Shown here: piece by piece, positions 37,089 to 46,844 of the stretch | How positions within the stretch are numbered: the first letter of the stretch is position 1 | Layout of the letters: each line of letters begins with the position of its first letter | NCBI GenBank assembly: GCA_030683105.1 | Contig: JAUXMZ010000027.1 | Location: 12,316-76,315, forward strand | Direction: 5' to 3' | Length of the DNA: 64,000 nt | DNA from: Burkholderiales bacterium | GTDB lineage: Bacteria; Pseudomonadota; Gammaproteobacteria; Burkholderiales; SG8-41 | Position numbers and translations under genes: made by a program | The notes under the pieces: generated by a model | The model's database searches: none | The model's input: the letters and a program-made list of their open reading frames with translations, nothing else | Told to the model about the DNA's origin: nothing

Positions 37089-38323
37089 CGCAACACCGTC
37101 AATGCCGCTTTTGCGGTTCGCCGCTGTCGCTGTCGTTCGCCGATTTGGGCATGTCGCCGCTGTCGAACGCCTATCTGAAGCCCGGGCAACTCAGCAAAAT
37201 GGAGCCGTTCTACCCGTTACACGCCTGGGTGTGCGAGTCCTGCTTTCTCGTGCAACTGGAGGAGTTCGAAAGCCCTGAACACATTTTCAGTGACTACGCC
37301 TATTTTTCGTCATTTTCTGATTCCTGGCTCGATCATGCCCGGCGGTTTACTGATCAGGTTGCCAAACGGTTTGCGCTAGACGCATCGAGTTTTGTGGTTG
37401 AAATCGCGAGCAATGACGGATATCTGCTGCAGTATTTTGTCTCGCGAGGCGTGCCTGTTCTCGGCATTGAGCCGGCGGCCAATGTCGCGGCAGAGGCCGA
37501 ACGCAAGGGCGTGCCGACGCTGGTCAAATTTTTCGGCACCCGGACGGCGCTTGACCTCAAGGCAGCCGGCAAGCAGGTTGATCTGCTTATCGGGAACAAT
37601 GTATTAGCCCATGTTCCCGGCCTGAATGACTTTGTCGCGGGGATGGAAATTCTGCTCAAGCCGGGTGGTGTGATCAGTATGGAATTCCCGCATCTGTTGC
37701 GGTTGATGGAAGAGAACCAGTTCGATACCATTTACCATGAACACTTTTCGTACTTCTCGTTCCTGGTGGTTGAGCGGGTGTTTGCGAAACATGGGCTCAC
37801 CATTTTTGATATGGAGGAAATACCTACTCATGGCGGTTCGCTGAGGATTTTCGCAAAGCGTGCCTCAAACAGCGCCTTGCCGGTAGCCGAACGGGTTTCC
37901 GCTTTGCGGCGGCGCGAGCAGGCGGCAGGGTTGGACCACGCCGACACCTACCGCGCATTCGCCGAGAGGGTGAAAGCCACCAAGCGCTTGCTGTTGCGTT
38001 TTTTGATCGATGCGCGCGAGGCCGGAAAGCATGTTGTGGGCTACGGCGCGCCGGCCAAAGGCAACACGCTGCTTAATTATTGCGGGGTTCGCACCGACCT
38101 GCTTGAGTATACGGTTGACCGCAGCCCGCATAAACAGGGGCATTTCCTGCCGGGGACCCACATCCCGGTGTATGCGCCAGAGAAAATTCGCGAGACGCGC
38201 CCTGATTACGTGCTGATCCTGCCATGGAACCTCAAGAATGAAATCGTGGAACAGATGGCCGAGGTGCGCAGCTGGGGCGGGAAATTCGTGGTGCCGATTC
38301 CGCAAGTGAAGGTGCTGGATTGA
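37085..38323 (+). CDS. Nucleotide-sugar C-methyltransferase-like protein (Zn-ribbon + class I SAM MTase + C-methyltransferase C-terminal domain)
   Basis: CRFCGS...CESC zinc ribbon, VVEIASNDGY SAM motif, 412 aa. Architecture resembles TylC3-type enzymes. Confidence 0.75.
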   Translation: MTQHRQCRFCGSPLSLSFADLGMSPLSNAYLKPGQLSKMEPFYPLHAWVCESCFLVQLEEFESPEHIFSDYAYFSSFSDSWLDHARRFTDQVAKRFALDASSFVVEIASNDGYLLQYFVSRGVPVLGIEPAANVAAEAERKGVPTLVKFFGTRTALDLKAAGKQVDLLIGNNVLAHVPGLNDFVAGMEILLKPGGVISMEFPHLLRLMEENQFDTIYHEHFSYFSFLVVERVFAKHGLTIFDMEEIPTHGGSLRIFAKRASNSALPVAERVSALRRREQAAGLDHADTYRAFAERVKATKRLLLRFLIDAREAGKHVVGYGAPAKGNTLLNYCGVRTDLLEYTVDRSPHKQGHFLPGTHIPVYAPEKIRETRPDYVLILPWNLKNEIVEQMAEVRSWGGKFVVPIPQVKVLD

Positions 38324-38859
38324 AGTTTGTTCCCACTTCTTTCGAGGGGGCATTTGTCGTCGAGCCGGAATTGCTCGAGGACGAGCGGGGCTGCTTCGCG
38401 CGATCGTTTTGCCGGGATGAATTTGTGGCGCATGGATTGGACCCGGCCGTTGTCCAATGCAATATCTCATTCAATCACCGCCGCGGCACGCTGCGCGGAT
38501 TGCATTATCAGGTCAAGCCGCACGAAGAAGCAAAGCTTGTGCGCTGCACGCAAGGCGCCATCTGGGATGTGATCGTTGATTTGCGTGAAAATTCGCCAAC
38601 CCGGTACCGCTGGTTCGCGGCCGAACTTACGGCAGAAAACCGCCAGGCGCTGTATATCCCGCGCGGGCTTGCGCACGGTTTTCAGACCCTTACTGACAAT
38701 AGTGAAGTGTTCTATCAGATGTCCGAGTTCTATCACCCCGAATCGGCGCGCGGCGTGCGGTGGGATGATCCGGTGATCGGCATCACCTGGCCCGTCGATA
38801 ACCCGGTGCTTTCGCCGCGTGACAGGTCGTACCCGCTGCTCGAGCGCGGGGCCTCATGA
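38320..38859 (+). CDS. RmlC-like cupin, NDP-4-keto-6-deoxyhexose 3,5-epimerase family
   Basis: LEDERGCFARSF...LRGLHYQ...KLVRCTQGAIWDVIVDLR. Confidence 0.8.
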   Translation: MKFVPTSFEGAFVVEPELLEDERGCFARSFCRDEFVAHGLDPAVVQCNISFNHRRGTLRGLHYQVKPHEEAKLVRCTQGAIWDVIVDLRENSPTRYRWFAAELTAENRQALYIPRGLAHGFQTLTDNSEVFYQMSEFYHPESARGVRWDDPVIGITWPVDNPVLSPRDRSYPLLERGAS

Positions 38860-39725
38860 AGCTCCTGCTGATCGGCGCAACCGGCCAGTTGGGCGGAGAC
38901 CTGCTGCGCAACAATACCGGGCATGAAATCTACGCGCCTGGACGCGATGAGCTCGATCTCGCGCGTCCTGACCAGGCCGCCGCCGTCGTACGGCGGCAAA
39001 AGCCCGATGTGATCCTCAACTGCGCTGCGTTTCATAATGTGCCGTTATGCGAGGAGCAACCGGACCAGGCCTTCCTCACCAATTGTGTTGCCGTTCGCAA
39101 TCTTGCCGCACTTTCCGCGGAGGCCGGGGCCTGGTTTGTAACCTTCAGCAGCGATTATGTGTTTGGCGGCGACGGCAAGCGCACGCCGTATCTCGAGGAA
39201 GATCGTCCCGCGCCCCTGCAAATATACGGCATCACACGGCTGGCCGGTGAGCATGCGGCCCTGGCCGCGGCGCCCCAGCGTGCCGTCGTTATCCGCACCT
39301 GCGGTCTTTACGGCCGCTCGGGCGCCCGGTCCAAGGGCGGCAATTTCGTCGATGGGCGTGTCGCTGATGCCCGTGCCGGACGACGCATCGAGATGGCGTC
39401 CGAGCAGATCGTGGCGCCGACTTCGACGGATGACCTTAGCCGTGCCGTGCTTGAACTGATCGAGCATCCGCGACTGGCGCCAGGCATCTATCACCTGGTC
39501 AACGAGGGTGAGTGCTCTTGGTATGAGCTTACACGTGCGATCGTCGAGACTCTCGGTCTTAACACCGAGGTCGCGCCGGTCGACCGTGGCGGGCTCACCG
39601 GTGGCATGCGACGGCCGATTTATTCCGTGTTGGCCAACACGCATGCACGGAAGCTTGGCATTACACTGCGTCCGTGGCGAGACGCGCTTTCCGACTATCT
39701 GCATGATAAATTTCCAGAAGTTTGA
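38856..39725 (+). CDS. RmlD-like NDP-4-ketohexose reductase (SDR)
   Basis: MKLLLIGATGQLG and YGITRLAGE motifs. Substrate-binding domain is of RmlD length. Confidence 0.8.
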   Translation: MKLLLIGATGQLGGDLLRNNTGHEIYAPGRDELDLARPDQAAAVVRRQKPDVILNCAAFHNVPLCEEQPDQAFLTNCVAVRNLAALSAEAGAWFVTFSSDYVFGGDGKRTPYLEEDRPAPLQIYGITRLAGEHAALAAAPQRAVVIRTCGLYGRSGARSKGGNFVDGRVADARAGRRIEMASEQIVAPTSTDDLSRAVLELIEHPRLAPGIYHLVNEGECSWYELTRAIVETLGLNTEVAPVDRGGLTGGMRRPIYSVLANTHARKLGITLRPWRDALSDYLHDKFPEV

Positions 39726-40663
39726 TGGATATAGCCGGAACTAAGCGGGCGGGCATTCCAGAAATCGGCGTTGTTCACCTGATCCGCCGCCGGAACGGCC
39801 TCGCGCCGTTCGAGCGTTTCCTCGCCTCCTACCTCGAATATCCGGCGGGCATGCCGCATGATTTGGTGCTTATCTTCAAGGGTTTTCCGTTCGGTCTCGG
39901 TACTCAGGATTATGATCGACTGCTTGCCGATATGCCGCACCGCAGGATGTACCTAGCCGATTACGGATTCGATTTGCGGCCATATTTTAAGGCGGTAGAG
40001 CAATTTGACTATCGGTACTTCTGTTTCTTGAACTCTTTCAGCAGAATTCTGGACGCCAATTGGCTGGCGAAACTTTACCGCTGGATAACTGTTGAGGGCG
40101 TTGGGCTTGTTGGGGTTGCCGGGTCTTATGAAAGTTTTTCTGAAAATCGCGCAGAGCGCGCAAACATGCTGGCGAAAGTTGGGTGGGTGGAAAAATTGCG
40201 CTGGAGGTTAGGGCACTTATCCAGCGACCCCAATCCACGAGTCATCACGCGACGTGCATTAGTTTGGCTGGCGGAAAGTATTGGTTTGAAAAATCCTAAG
40301 GAAAACTTTCCATCATTTCCAAATTTCCATATTCGGACCAATGCCTTCATGTCATCGCGCCAGATACTCTCGCAGATTCATGTCGGTTTGACAGTATTCA
40401 AGTGGGCGGCCTATGCCATGGAAAGCGGCCTGAATAGCCTCACCAACCAAGTGACGCATCTTGGATTGAGACCGCTGGTTGTTGCGCGCACCGGCGAATC
40501 GTTTGAGAAGGAACAGTGGCATGTTTCTGATACGTTTCGCCAGTCACGGCAGCAAAATCTCCTGATCGCAGACAACCAGACGGATGCTTACCTCGCGGCG
40601 AACGCGGCAGACCGGGCGATGTTGTCTAAGCGTGCTTGGGGTCGGTTTTCCCGGCCGGCTTGA
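39722..40663 (+). CDS. Hypothetical protein (313 aa) within the O-unit operon
   Basis: Start overlaps the preceding stop. Soluble, with no family recognised. Confidence 0.5.
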   Translation: MMDIAGTKRAGIPEIGVVHLIRRRNGLAPFERFLASYLEYPAGMPHDLVLIFKGFPFGLGTQDYDRLLADMPHRRMYLADYGFDLRPYFKAVEQFDYRYFCFLNSFSRILDANWLAKLYRWITVEGVGLVGVAGSYESFSENRAERANMLAKVGWVEKLRWRLGHLSSDPNPRVITRRALVWLAESIGLKNPKENFPSFPNFHIRTNAFMSSRQILSQIHVGLTVFKWAAYAMESGLNSLTNQVTHLGLRPLVVARTGESFEKEQWHVSDTFRQSRQQNLLIADNQTDAYLAANAADRAMLSKRAWGRFSRPA

Positions 40664-40683
40664 TGAATAAAGGGAAAAATACA

Positions 40684-41610
40684 ATGCAGGCCAGCTTGCC
40701 GGAAGCCGAAATGCTTCCTGTCTCCTGCGGGGCCTGCGGGAATCGCATGGCACTATTTTTCCGCGCGCGTGATTACAACCGTGGTGTATCACAACGGGAA
40801 TTTTGCTACGGCCGTTGTTTGGGCTGCGGGCTCATTTCACTAGTCAATATTCCGGATGACTTGGAGAGATACTACTCGCCGGGCTACTATCTTCTTCCCG
40901 CCTCAGAAAGAGTGATAGAGCAAAGTTTGCGTCACGAGCAATACAAGATCGAGTTGGTGCGGCGCTTTGCAAAGACGGGGCGCCTGCTGGAAATTGGACC
41001 CTCGTGGGGAGCATTCTGCTTGCTTGCCAAAAGGGCGGGTTTTTCCGTCGAGGCAATCGAAATGGACCGTGAATGTTGCGGTTTTCTCACTTCAAAGCTT
41101 GGAATCAAAGCGATACATAGCGCGGACGAAGTTGCCTCGCTGGCTGAAGTGTCTCCGCCGGATGTGATCGCCATGTGGCATGTGATCGAACATCTGCGAG
41201 ACCCGTGGCCGTTGCTCGAGCGGGCCACCGAACGTCTCGTTCCTGGTGGCATCATGGTGGTAGCTACTCCCAATCCCGCGGCCTTTCAGTTCGGGATTAT
41301 CGGTCGCTTTTGGACCCATGTGGACGCCCCACGGCATGTTCATCTTATTCCTATTGAATTGATGCGTGCAAAACTCAGGGCGCTTGGACTCGAGGAATTG
41401 CTGCTTACCACCCGGGATGCTGGGAGCCTGGGATGGAATGCCTTTGGATGGGCCTTTTCCCTTGCAAATCTCACCGAGATCCGTATGTTGAAGCGAGTGT
41501 TGCGGCTTATTGGCCGCGTTACTGCGCTGCTGTTTTCCCCGATTGAACGTCGGGAGGGCGCAGGTAGCGCGTATACGGCTATTTTCCGCAAGCCCGTTGC
41601 GAGCCGATGA
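40684..41610 (+). CDS. Class I SAM-dependent methyltransferase with an N-terminal Cys4 cluster
   Basis: ATG 40684 after AAGGGA. CGACGN...CLGCG cluster, LLEIGPSWGAF motif I, PGGIMVVATP. Confidence 0.75.
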   Translation: MQASLPEAEMLPVSCGACGNRMALFFRARDYNRGVSQREFCYGRCLGCGLISLVNIPDDLERYYSPGYYLLPASERVIEQSLRHEQYKIELVRRFAKTGRLLEIGPSWGAFCLLAKRAGFSVEAIEMDRECCGFLTSKLGIKAIHSADEVASLAEVSPPDVIAMWHVIEHLRDPWPLLERATERLVPGGIMVVATPNPAAFQFGIIGRFWTHVDAPRHVHLIPIELMRAKLRALGLEELLLTTRDAGSLGWNAFGWAFSLANLTEIRMLKRVLRLIGRVTALLFSPIERREGAGSAYTAIFRKPVASR

Positions 41611-42764
41611 AGTTCTCGATACTGCTGCCCACCCGCAATCGGCTCGATCTACTTCGGTATGCGGTGGAATCGGTTCGACTCCAAGACTATCATGACTGGG
41701 AAATCATTATATCGGACAATGCATCAACCGAGGATGTTGCCAGGTTTGCCGCCTCCTGCGAAGACGATAGAATTCGCTATTTCCGCACGGAGTGCCTGTT
41801 GCCTGTTACGGAAAACTGGAATGCGGCCCTTGAACGTAGCAGCGGTGATTATCTGATCATGCTGGGCGACGATGATGGCTTGATGCGGGGTTGCCTCACG
41901 GCTGTCCGCAAGATGATTGACGACTGGGAGTGTCCTGATGCCATATACACTCAAGCTCTGCAGTTTGCCTACCCAGGTGTGATTCCAGGCCAACAAAAAG
42001 GGTTTATCCAAACTGCTTACAACGCCTTCCTGAGGGGAGCGCAGCAGCCTTTCCTGCTTCCCCGTGAGACCGCACAGGAAATGGTGCAAAGTGCATTGAG
42101 CTTCCGTCTCTGGTATGGCTTTAACATGCAACACTTTATCATTAGCCGGAGACTGGTAAAGACACTCGGTAACATAGGTCCTTTTTTCCAGTCGCCCTAT
42201 CCTGACTACTATGCCGCGAACGCGATTCTACTGGCAGCGAAATCAGTAGTGGCTAACCCCAGACCATTGATCATGATCGGCATCAGTCCGAAGTCGTTTG
42301 GCTATTTCTACTTTAATCAGCGGGAAAATGAAGGAGTGGATTTTCTGCAAAACACCGCAACCGGAGAATTACCAGAACGGCGTCGAGTCGTCCTTGTACC
42401 GGGCACCAACATGAATGATTCCTGGCTTTGTGCCATGGAGACTCTTGTTCGAAATTTTCCCGATCGGCGGGGGTTGCGGGTTAATTATCGGCGATACCGT
42501 CTGCTGCAGTATTATGCGATATTGAGGACGAAGTCTTGGCGTGGCATTCCTATCATGTTGCGGCATATGCGTCTGTGGGAAATGGCTATTTACGCCCCTA
42601 TTGCGATTCTCTATGCTGTGGCCTATTTATTCCCGCCCAGATTACGGCGAAAGGCGCAAAGCGCATTACATTTTGTGTTTAGTGCCACACCCCGATTCGA
42701 TATTCAGAGGACTACAGTGGCATACCGCAATATGCTTGAGGCGGTACGAGGATACAACATTTAG
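41607..42764 (+). CDS. Glycosyltransferase family 2
   Basis: MKFSILLPTRNRLDLL...IIISDNAST...MLGDDD. Confidence 0.8.
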   Translation: MKFSILLPTRNRLDLLRYAVESVRLQDYHDWEIIISDNASTEDVARFAASCEDDRIRYFRTECLLPVTENWNAALERSSGDYLIMLGDDDGLMRGCLTAVRKMIDDWECPDAIYTQALQFAYPGVIPGQQKGFIQTAYNAFLRGAQQPFLLPRETAQEMVQSALSFRLWYGFNMQHFIISRRLVKTLGNIGPFFQSPYPDYYAANAILLAAKSVVANPRPLIMIGISPKSFGYFYFNQRENEGVDFLQNTATGELPERRRVVLVPGTNMNDSWLCAMETLVRNFPDRRGLRVNYRRYRLLQYYAILRTKSWRGIPIMLRHMRLWEMAIYAPIAILYAVAYLFPPRLRRKAQSALHFVFSATPRFDIQRTTVAYRNMLEAVRGYNI

Positions 42765-42765
42765 T

Positions 42766-43722
42766 ATGCATCCCAGCCCACTTGTTAGCATCTGCATTCC
42801 AACGTTTAACTATGGGCGATTCCTCCCTGAGGTGATTCGATCAGTTCTGTCCCAGTCGCTTTCCGATTTTGAGTTGATTGTGGTCGACAATGCTTCGACC
42901 GATGCGACAGTGGAACTCATGGAAACCTTTGTGCGTTCCGATCCGCGGATCAGTTTTTATCGGAACGCCGAGAATGTCGGCATCGTTCAGAACTTCAATC
43001 GCGCACTCGGATACGCTGCCGCGGATTACGTCAAAATCCTGTGCGCCGATGACCTGCTTGCTCCGTCCGCCTTGGAGAGATCGCTTGCACTTATCCAATC
43101 CAACCCCGCAGTGAGTCTGGTTACCACGGGTCGCCTGCTGGTGAATTATCGGCTCCGGCCGGTTGGCTACATAAGCTATTGCTCGAAGCAGGGGAGCGTA
43201 GACGGAACCAAGGTGATCGACCGCTGCCTTTTTGGAACCAATTACGTGGGCGAGCCCTCGGCAGTGATGTTCAGGCGCCAGCAGGCGGCAGCGGGATTTG
43301 ATGAGAACTACCCGCACTTGCTCGATATGGCAATGTGGTTTCATTTGCTGGAACAGGGAAGGCTGGCCTGCATCCCCGAGCCACTGACGTATATCCGTCA
43401 GCATAAAAACCAGATAACACAGGACAACCGGCGCACCGGGCAATTGATGGAGGACAAGAAAAGAATTTTCTCTGCATATATCGCCAAGCCGTACGTGCGA
43501 AAGACCGCGCTGCGGGTGTTTCTGTGGCAGCTGCGTACCGCCTACAACGCCTGGAAAGGCGCAGCCGGAGATACGCCGGGCCAGAGAATATCCGGGTTTT
43601 TGCCGCCGGTGTGGTTCTATGCGCTGCTGCCGGCGGTGGTTGCCGCCGACTTGCTCGAGCGTGCCGTGAGCCGTGTCCGGTCAATCAAGTATGTTTGCCA
43701 AGCTCTTGGCGGGAACAGATGA
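42766..43722 (+). CDS. Glycosyltransferase family 2
   Basis: ATG 42766 lies 1 nt after the preceding stop. VSICIPTFNYGRFL...LIVVDNASTD...LCADD. Confidence 0.8.
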   Translation: MHPSPLVSICIPTFNYGRFLPEVIRSVLSQSLSDFELIVVDNASTDATVELMETFVRSDPRISFYRNAENVGIVQNFNRALGYAAADYVKILCADDLLAPSALERSLALIQSNPAVSLVTTGRLLVNYRLRPVGYISYCSKQGSVDGTKVIDRCLFGTNYVGEPSAVMFRRQQAAAGFDENYPHLLDMAMWFHLLEQGRLACIPEPLTYIRQHKNQITQDNRRTGQLMEDKKRIFSAYIAKPYVRKTALRVFLWQLRTAYNAWKGAAGDTPGQRISGFLPPVWFYALLPAVVAADLLERAVSRVRSIKYVCQALGGNR

Positions 43723-43733
43723 ACTTATAGTCG

Positions 43734-45254
43734 TCAATCCGCCGTGTCTGTTCTGCCGAGCCATTTGAGCGCGCTGGCTTTGATGGTGTTACGCAATTCG
43801 GGCGCTGCGAGACCAGCTGCGGCAACAGCCAGGCCGAGAATCACGGCCAGCGCGGCAAGAAGTCCGATCGGATGCAGCCCTTCCGGCAGGAGTATGCGTC
43901 CGGCACCCAATACGAAAATGGCTGCTACTGCGGGCGCCATGATGTCGCGCAGATACCATCTGAGTTGCTCGCCTCGCCTCATGTCGGAATGAACCAGGGG
44001 TATCTCAATTATTAAATAAGCGGCATTTAGCGTTATCCATGCGATGGCCGAGCTAATCGCGCCGATCCGAGGCGCAAGATACCATATGGCCGGACCGAGT
44101 ACGGCGATTGCTGCCAGATTGAAAATAAGGAATATTCTCGTCCTGCCGCGTGCCAGCTCCCGGGCATAGGGGACGTTCATGAGGCCATTGAGGGCTGTGC
44201 CGATCGCGAACAGGCTCAATATGGGACCCGCGTGGCTCGCGACATTTTCGTTGCGCGTCCATAACAGCAACACTTCGTGCGAATAGAACGACAGGAACAG
44301 TGCTGCCGGCACCACTGTAGCTGCTACGACTTGGGTGGAAATGTGATAAACCTGCTCGAGGACTGCATGCTTGCCCTCGGCAATCAGCACGGAGAATCTA
44401 GGGTAGACGGCGCTAAAGACCGGTGTTGCGAAAAGATTGAGAGCGCCGGCTACGGTAACCGCGAGGCTAAAATAGCCAAAGGCCTCAAGAGTCAGGAAAT
44501 TAATCAGTATCCACTTGTCGAGTTGAGTAAGCACCAATCCGGAAATGGTAAGGCCGCTCACCCCCGCAGCGAAGCGCCAGACGCGAGAGAGAAGTTCCGG
44601 GCGGAACCTTGGATGCCCACTCGCGGCCGGCAGGCCTGTGCGCAAGGCGGCAACCATTACAATCAGGGCCAGCAATCCTGCCATGATCTGCCAGCTGAAA
44701 AACGCCAGGATGGTGGGCGAAACTAGCCACAACACGAGCAGGGCGCCCAAGCCGTTCGCTGTGGAAAGAAGAATCCTGAGCTTGTTCACGAGTACCTGCT
44801 TTTGCAGTCCCATCAGGCCGCTGAAATACAGGTTGGCCGGCCAGTTCAGCATGATCACAATGACCATCATGTACAGCACTTGACGCAGCGAATCCGGGTC
44901 AATCTGATTCGGGTTCAAGACATGGCGGGCGATCAGGTGCATAAGCAAAGCAAGCACCGCACACACTGCAATGACCACGCCCCAGTAGACGACTTCCATG
45001 GTGCGCACGAGATCGCGCATCTCGGATGCGCCTTGCGGGTCTATGGAAAGGCGGGCCATCTCCCGGTTCAGTGTCTGGGCCAGCCCCAGATCGAAGATCT
45101 GAACACTCGTGATCAGCATTACGTAGAAGCCGATGAGCGCATACGATTCAACGCCGAGAAAATGCAGATAAAACGGGACGAGCGCAATCTGGAGCAGCGC
45201 CGTCCAGCCTTGCCCGATCAGATTGGCGATGACGTTGGTTTTGACGCGGACCAC
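43734..45254 (-). CDS. wzx: O-unit flippase (Wzx, polysaccharide biosynthesis/MOP family)
   Basis: ~506 aa, 12-14 TM segments. GTG 45254 lies 2 nt after the rfbD stop; the ORF-track start at 45332 would overlap rfbD. Confidence 0.75.
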   Translation of the reverse strand: MVRVKTNVIANLIGQGWTALLQIALVPFYLHFLGVESYALIGFYVMLITSVQIFDLGLAQTLNREMARLSIDPQGASEMRDLVRTMEVVYWGVVIAVCAVLALLMHLIARHVLNPNQIDPDSLRQVLYMMVIVIMLNWPANLYFSGLMGLQKQVLVNKLRILLSTANGLGALLVLWLVSPTILAFFSWQIMAGLLALIVMVAALRTGLPAASGHPRFRPELLSRVWRFAAGVSGLTISGLVLTQLDKWILINFLTLEAFGYFSLAVTVAGALNLFATPVFSAVYPRFSVLIAEGKHAVLEQVYHISTQVVAATVVPAALFLSFYSHEVLLLWTRNENVASHAGPILSLFAIGTALNGLMNVPYARELARGRTRIFLIFNLAAIAVLGPAIWYLAPRIGAISSAIAWITLNAAYLIIEIPLVHSDMRRGEQLRWYLRDIMAPAVAAIFVLGAGRILLPEGLHPIGLLAALAVILGLAVAAAGLAAPELRNTIKASALKWLGRTDTAD

Positions 45255-45256
45255 GT

Positions 45257-46168
45257 TTAAATTGCCGCACGCCGAGAGTTTGACTGGACGGCCGCCGATT
45301 CGTGAAGATATGAATACAGTTGTTCCGTCCACACCGGCATTTCGATACCGAAAACCCGCTTTATCTTCTCCTTGCTGGTTGCGGCGTTCAGCGGTCTTTT
45401 CGCGGGCAGCGGATACTCTGCATTTTTTATCGGGCGCACTGTGGCCCAGCCTTCTTTTTCGCCGGAAAGTTCTCGTGCGATCTCGACGATTTTCTTCGCG
45501 AAGTCGTAGCGCGAGGTATAGCCCGAGGCTGACAAGTGATAGATGCCCGTTTCTTCTTTGGTGCGCCGGACCTTGCCGAGCAGTTCCGCGCTGGTTTGGG
45601 CAAGCGCTCGCGCCCAGGATGGGGAACCGATCTGATCGTCGACCACGGCAAGCTCTTCCCGCTCTCGGGCGAGCTTAAGCACGGTCAGCACGAAGTTCGT
45701 GCCGCGACTGCTGTAAATCCAGCTCGCCCTCAGAATCAGGTGAGCGCAGCCGGTTGCAGCGATCGCCCACTCGCCCTCCAGCTTGGATTCTCCATAGGCA
45801 TTGAGCGGATTCGGCGCGTCGGCTTCGACATAGGGTGTGCCCTTGGTACCGTCAAAAACGTAGTCCGTGGAATAGTGGACGAGAAGCGCATTCAGGCGTT
45901 TCGCTTCCTCCGCCATCACTTCGGGCGCGACTGCGTTGATCTGCATGGCGAGATCGGGTTCTGATTCCGCCTTGTCTACCGCGGTATAGCCTGCGGCATT
46001 GACGATGATGTCGGGCGCAGCATCACGAATGGCCTGTCTGATTGAATCGGCATTGGTCAAATCCGTTTGCGTTCGATCGGGCGCGATAACGCGTCCGAGC
46101 GGCACAAGGCTGCGTTGTAGCTCCCAGCCGACCTGGCCGGTTTTGCCGAAGAGGAGAATGCGGGGCAT
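45257..46168 (-). CDS. rfbD: dTDP-4-dehydrorhamnose reductase
   Basis: ILLFGKTGQVGWEL, YGESKLEGE and STDYVFDG motifs. Confidence 0.9.
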   Translation of the reverse strand: MPRILLFGKTGQVGWELQRSLVPLGRVIAPDRTQTDLTNADSIRQAIRDAAPDIIVNAAGYTAVDKAESEPDLAMQINAVAPEVMAEEAKRLNALLVHYSTDYVFDGTKGTPYVEADAPNPLNAYGESKLEGEWAIAATGCAHLILRASWIYSSRGTNFVLTVLKLAREREELAVVDDQIGSPSWARALAQTSAELLGKVRRTKEETGIYHLSASGYTSRYDFAKKIVEIARELSGEKEGWATVRPIKNAEYPLPAKRPLNAATSKEKIKRVFGIEMPVWTEQLYSYLHESAAVQSNSRRAAI

Positions 46169-46172
46169 TTAA

Positions 46173-46207
46173 GTGATGAGTAACGAATAATGGGTAAGTT
46201 ATGTGTC
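46173..46207. repeat. Degenerate heptamer array (GTGATGA GTAACGA ATAATGG GTAAGTT ATGTGTC) in the rfbD|rfbC spacer
   Basis: Read directly. Confidence 0.55.
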
Positions 46208-46213
46208 AGGCGT

Positions 46214-46759
46214 TCACGGGAAGACTTCGGAAGTCTTGAACGGCAGTCCGTTTCTATCCTTGTTGGACAGAGCTGGTTCGCCCTGGAGCGGCCAGGGGAT
46301 GGCCAGCTCCGGATCGTTCCAGGCGATGCAACGCTCGAACGCAGGCGCCCAGTAATCTGTTGTTTTGTATATGAATTCAGCGTAATCGCTGGTGACGAGA
46401 AAGCCGTGCGCAAAGCCGGGCGGGACCCATAACATGCGCTTGTTTTGATCCGACAGAACGGTGGCGGTCCACTTTCCGAAGGTGGGCGAGCTTCGGCGTA
46501 TGTCAACGGCCACGTCGTATACCTCTCCAACGGTCACGCGCACGAGCTTGCCCTGGGGTTGCTGGATCTGATAATGCAGGCCGCGCAGCACGTTTTTTGC
46601 CGAGCGCGAATGATTGTCCTGCACGAAACGAACATTGACTCCGGTATATTTGCTGAACTCGCGCTCGTTGTAGCTCTCGTAAAAAAAACCGCGTTCGTCG
46701 CCAAAGACTTTGGGTTCGAGGATCAGTGCCTCGGGGATGCTGGTCTGGATGACGTTCAT
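46214..46759 (-). CDS. rfbC: dTDP-4-dehydrorhamnose 3,5-epimerase
   Basis: FGDERGFFYESY...LRGLHYQ...GKLVRVTVGEVYDVAVDIR. Confidence 0.9.
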   Translation of the reverse strand: MNVIQTSIPEALILEPKVFGDERGFFYESYNEREFSKYTGVNVRFVQDNHSRSAKNVLRGLHYQIQQPQGKLVRVTVGEVYDVAVDIRRSSPTFGKWTATVLSDQNKRMLWVPPGFAHGFLVTSDYAEFIYKTTDYWAPAFERCIAWNDPELAIPWPLQGEPALSNKDRNGLPFKTSEVFP

Positions 46760-46766
46760 TGGAAGC

Positions 46767-46839
46767 CGTTGATCGTGAATCGTGAATCGTTAACCGGGAA
46801 CCTCGTGAGCCGTAAATCGTGAATGGTGAATCGTAAGTC
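46767..46839. repeat. Heptamer array (GTGAATC-type units), one arm flanking four-helix-bundle gene 1
   Basis: GATC GTGAATC GTGAATC GTTAACC ... GTGAGCC GTAAATC GTGAATG GTGAATC GTAAGTC. Confidence 0.85.
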
Positions 46840-46844
46840 ATTTC

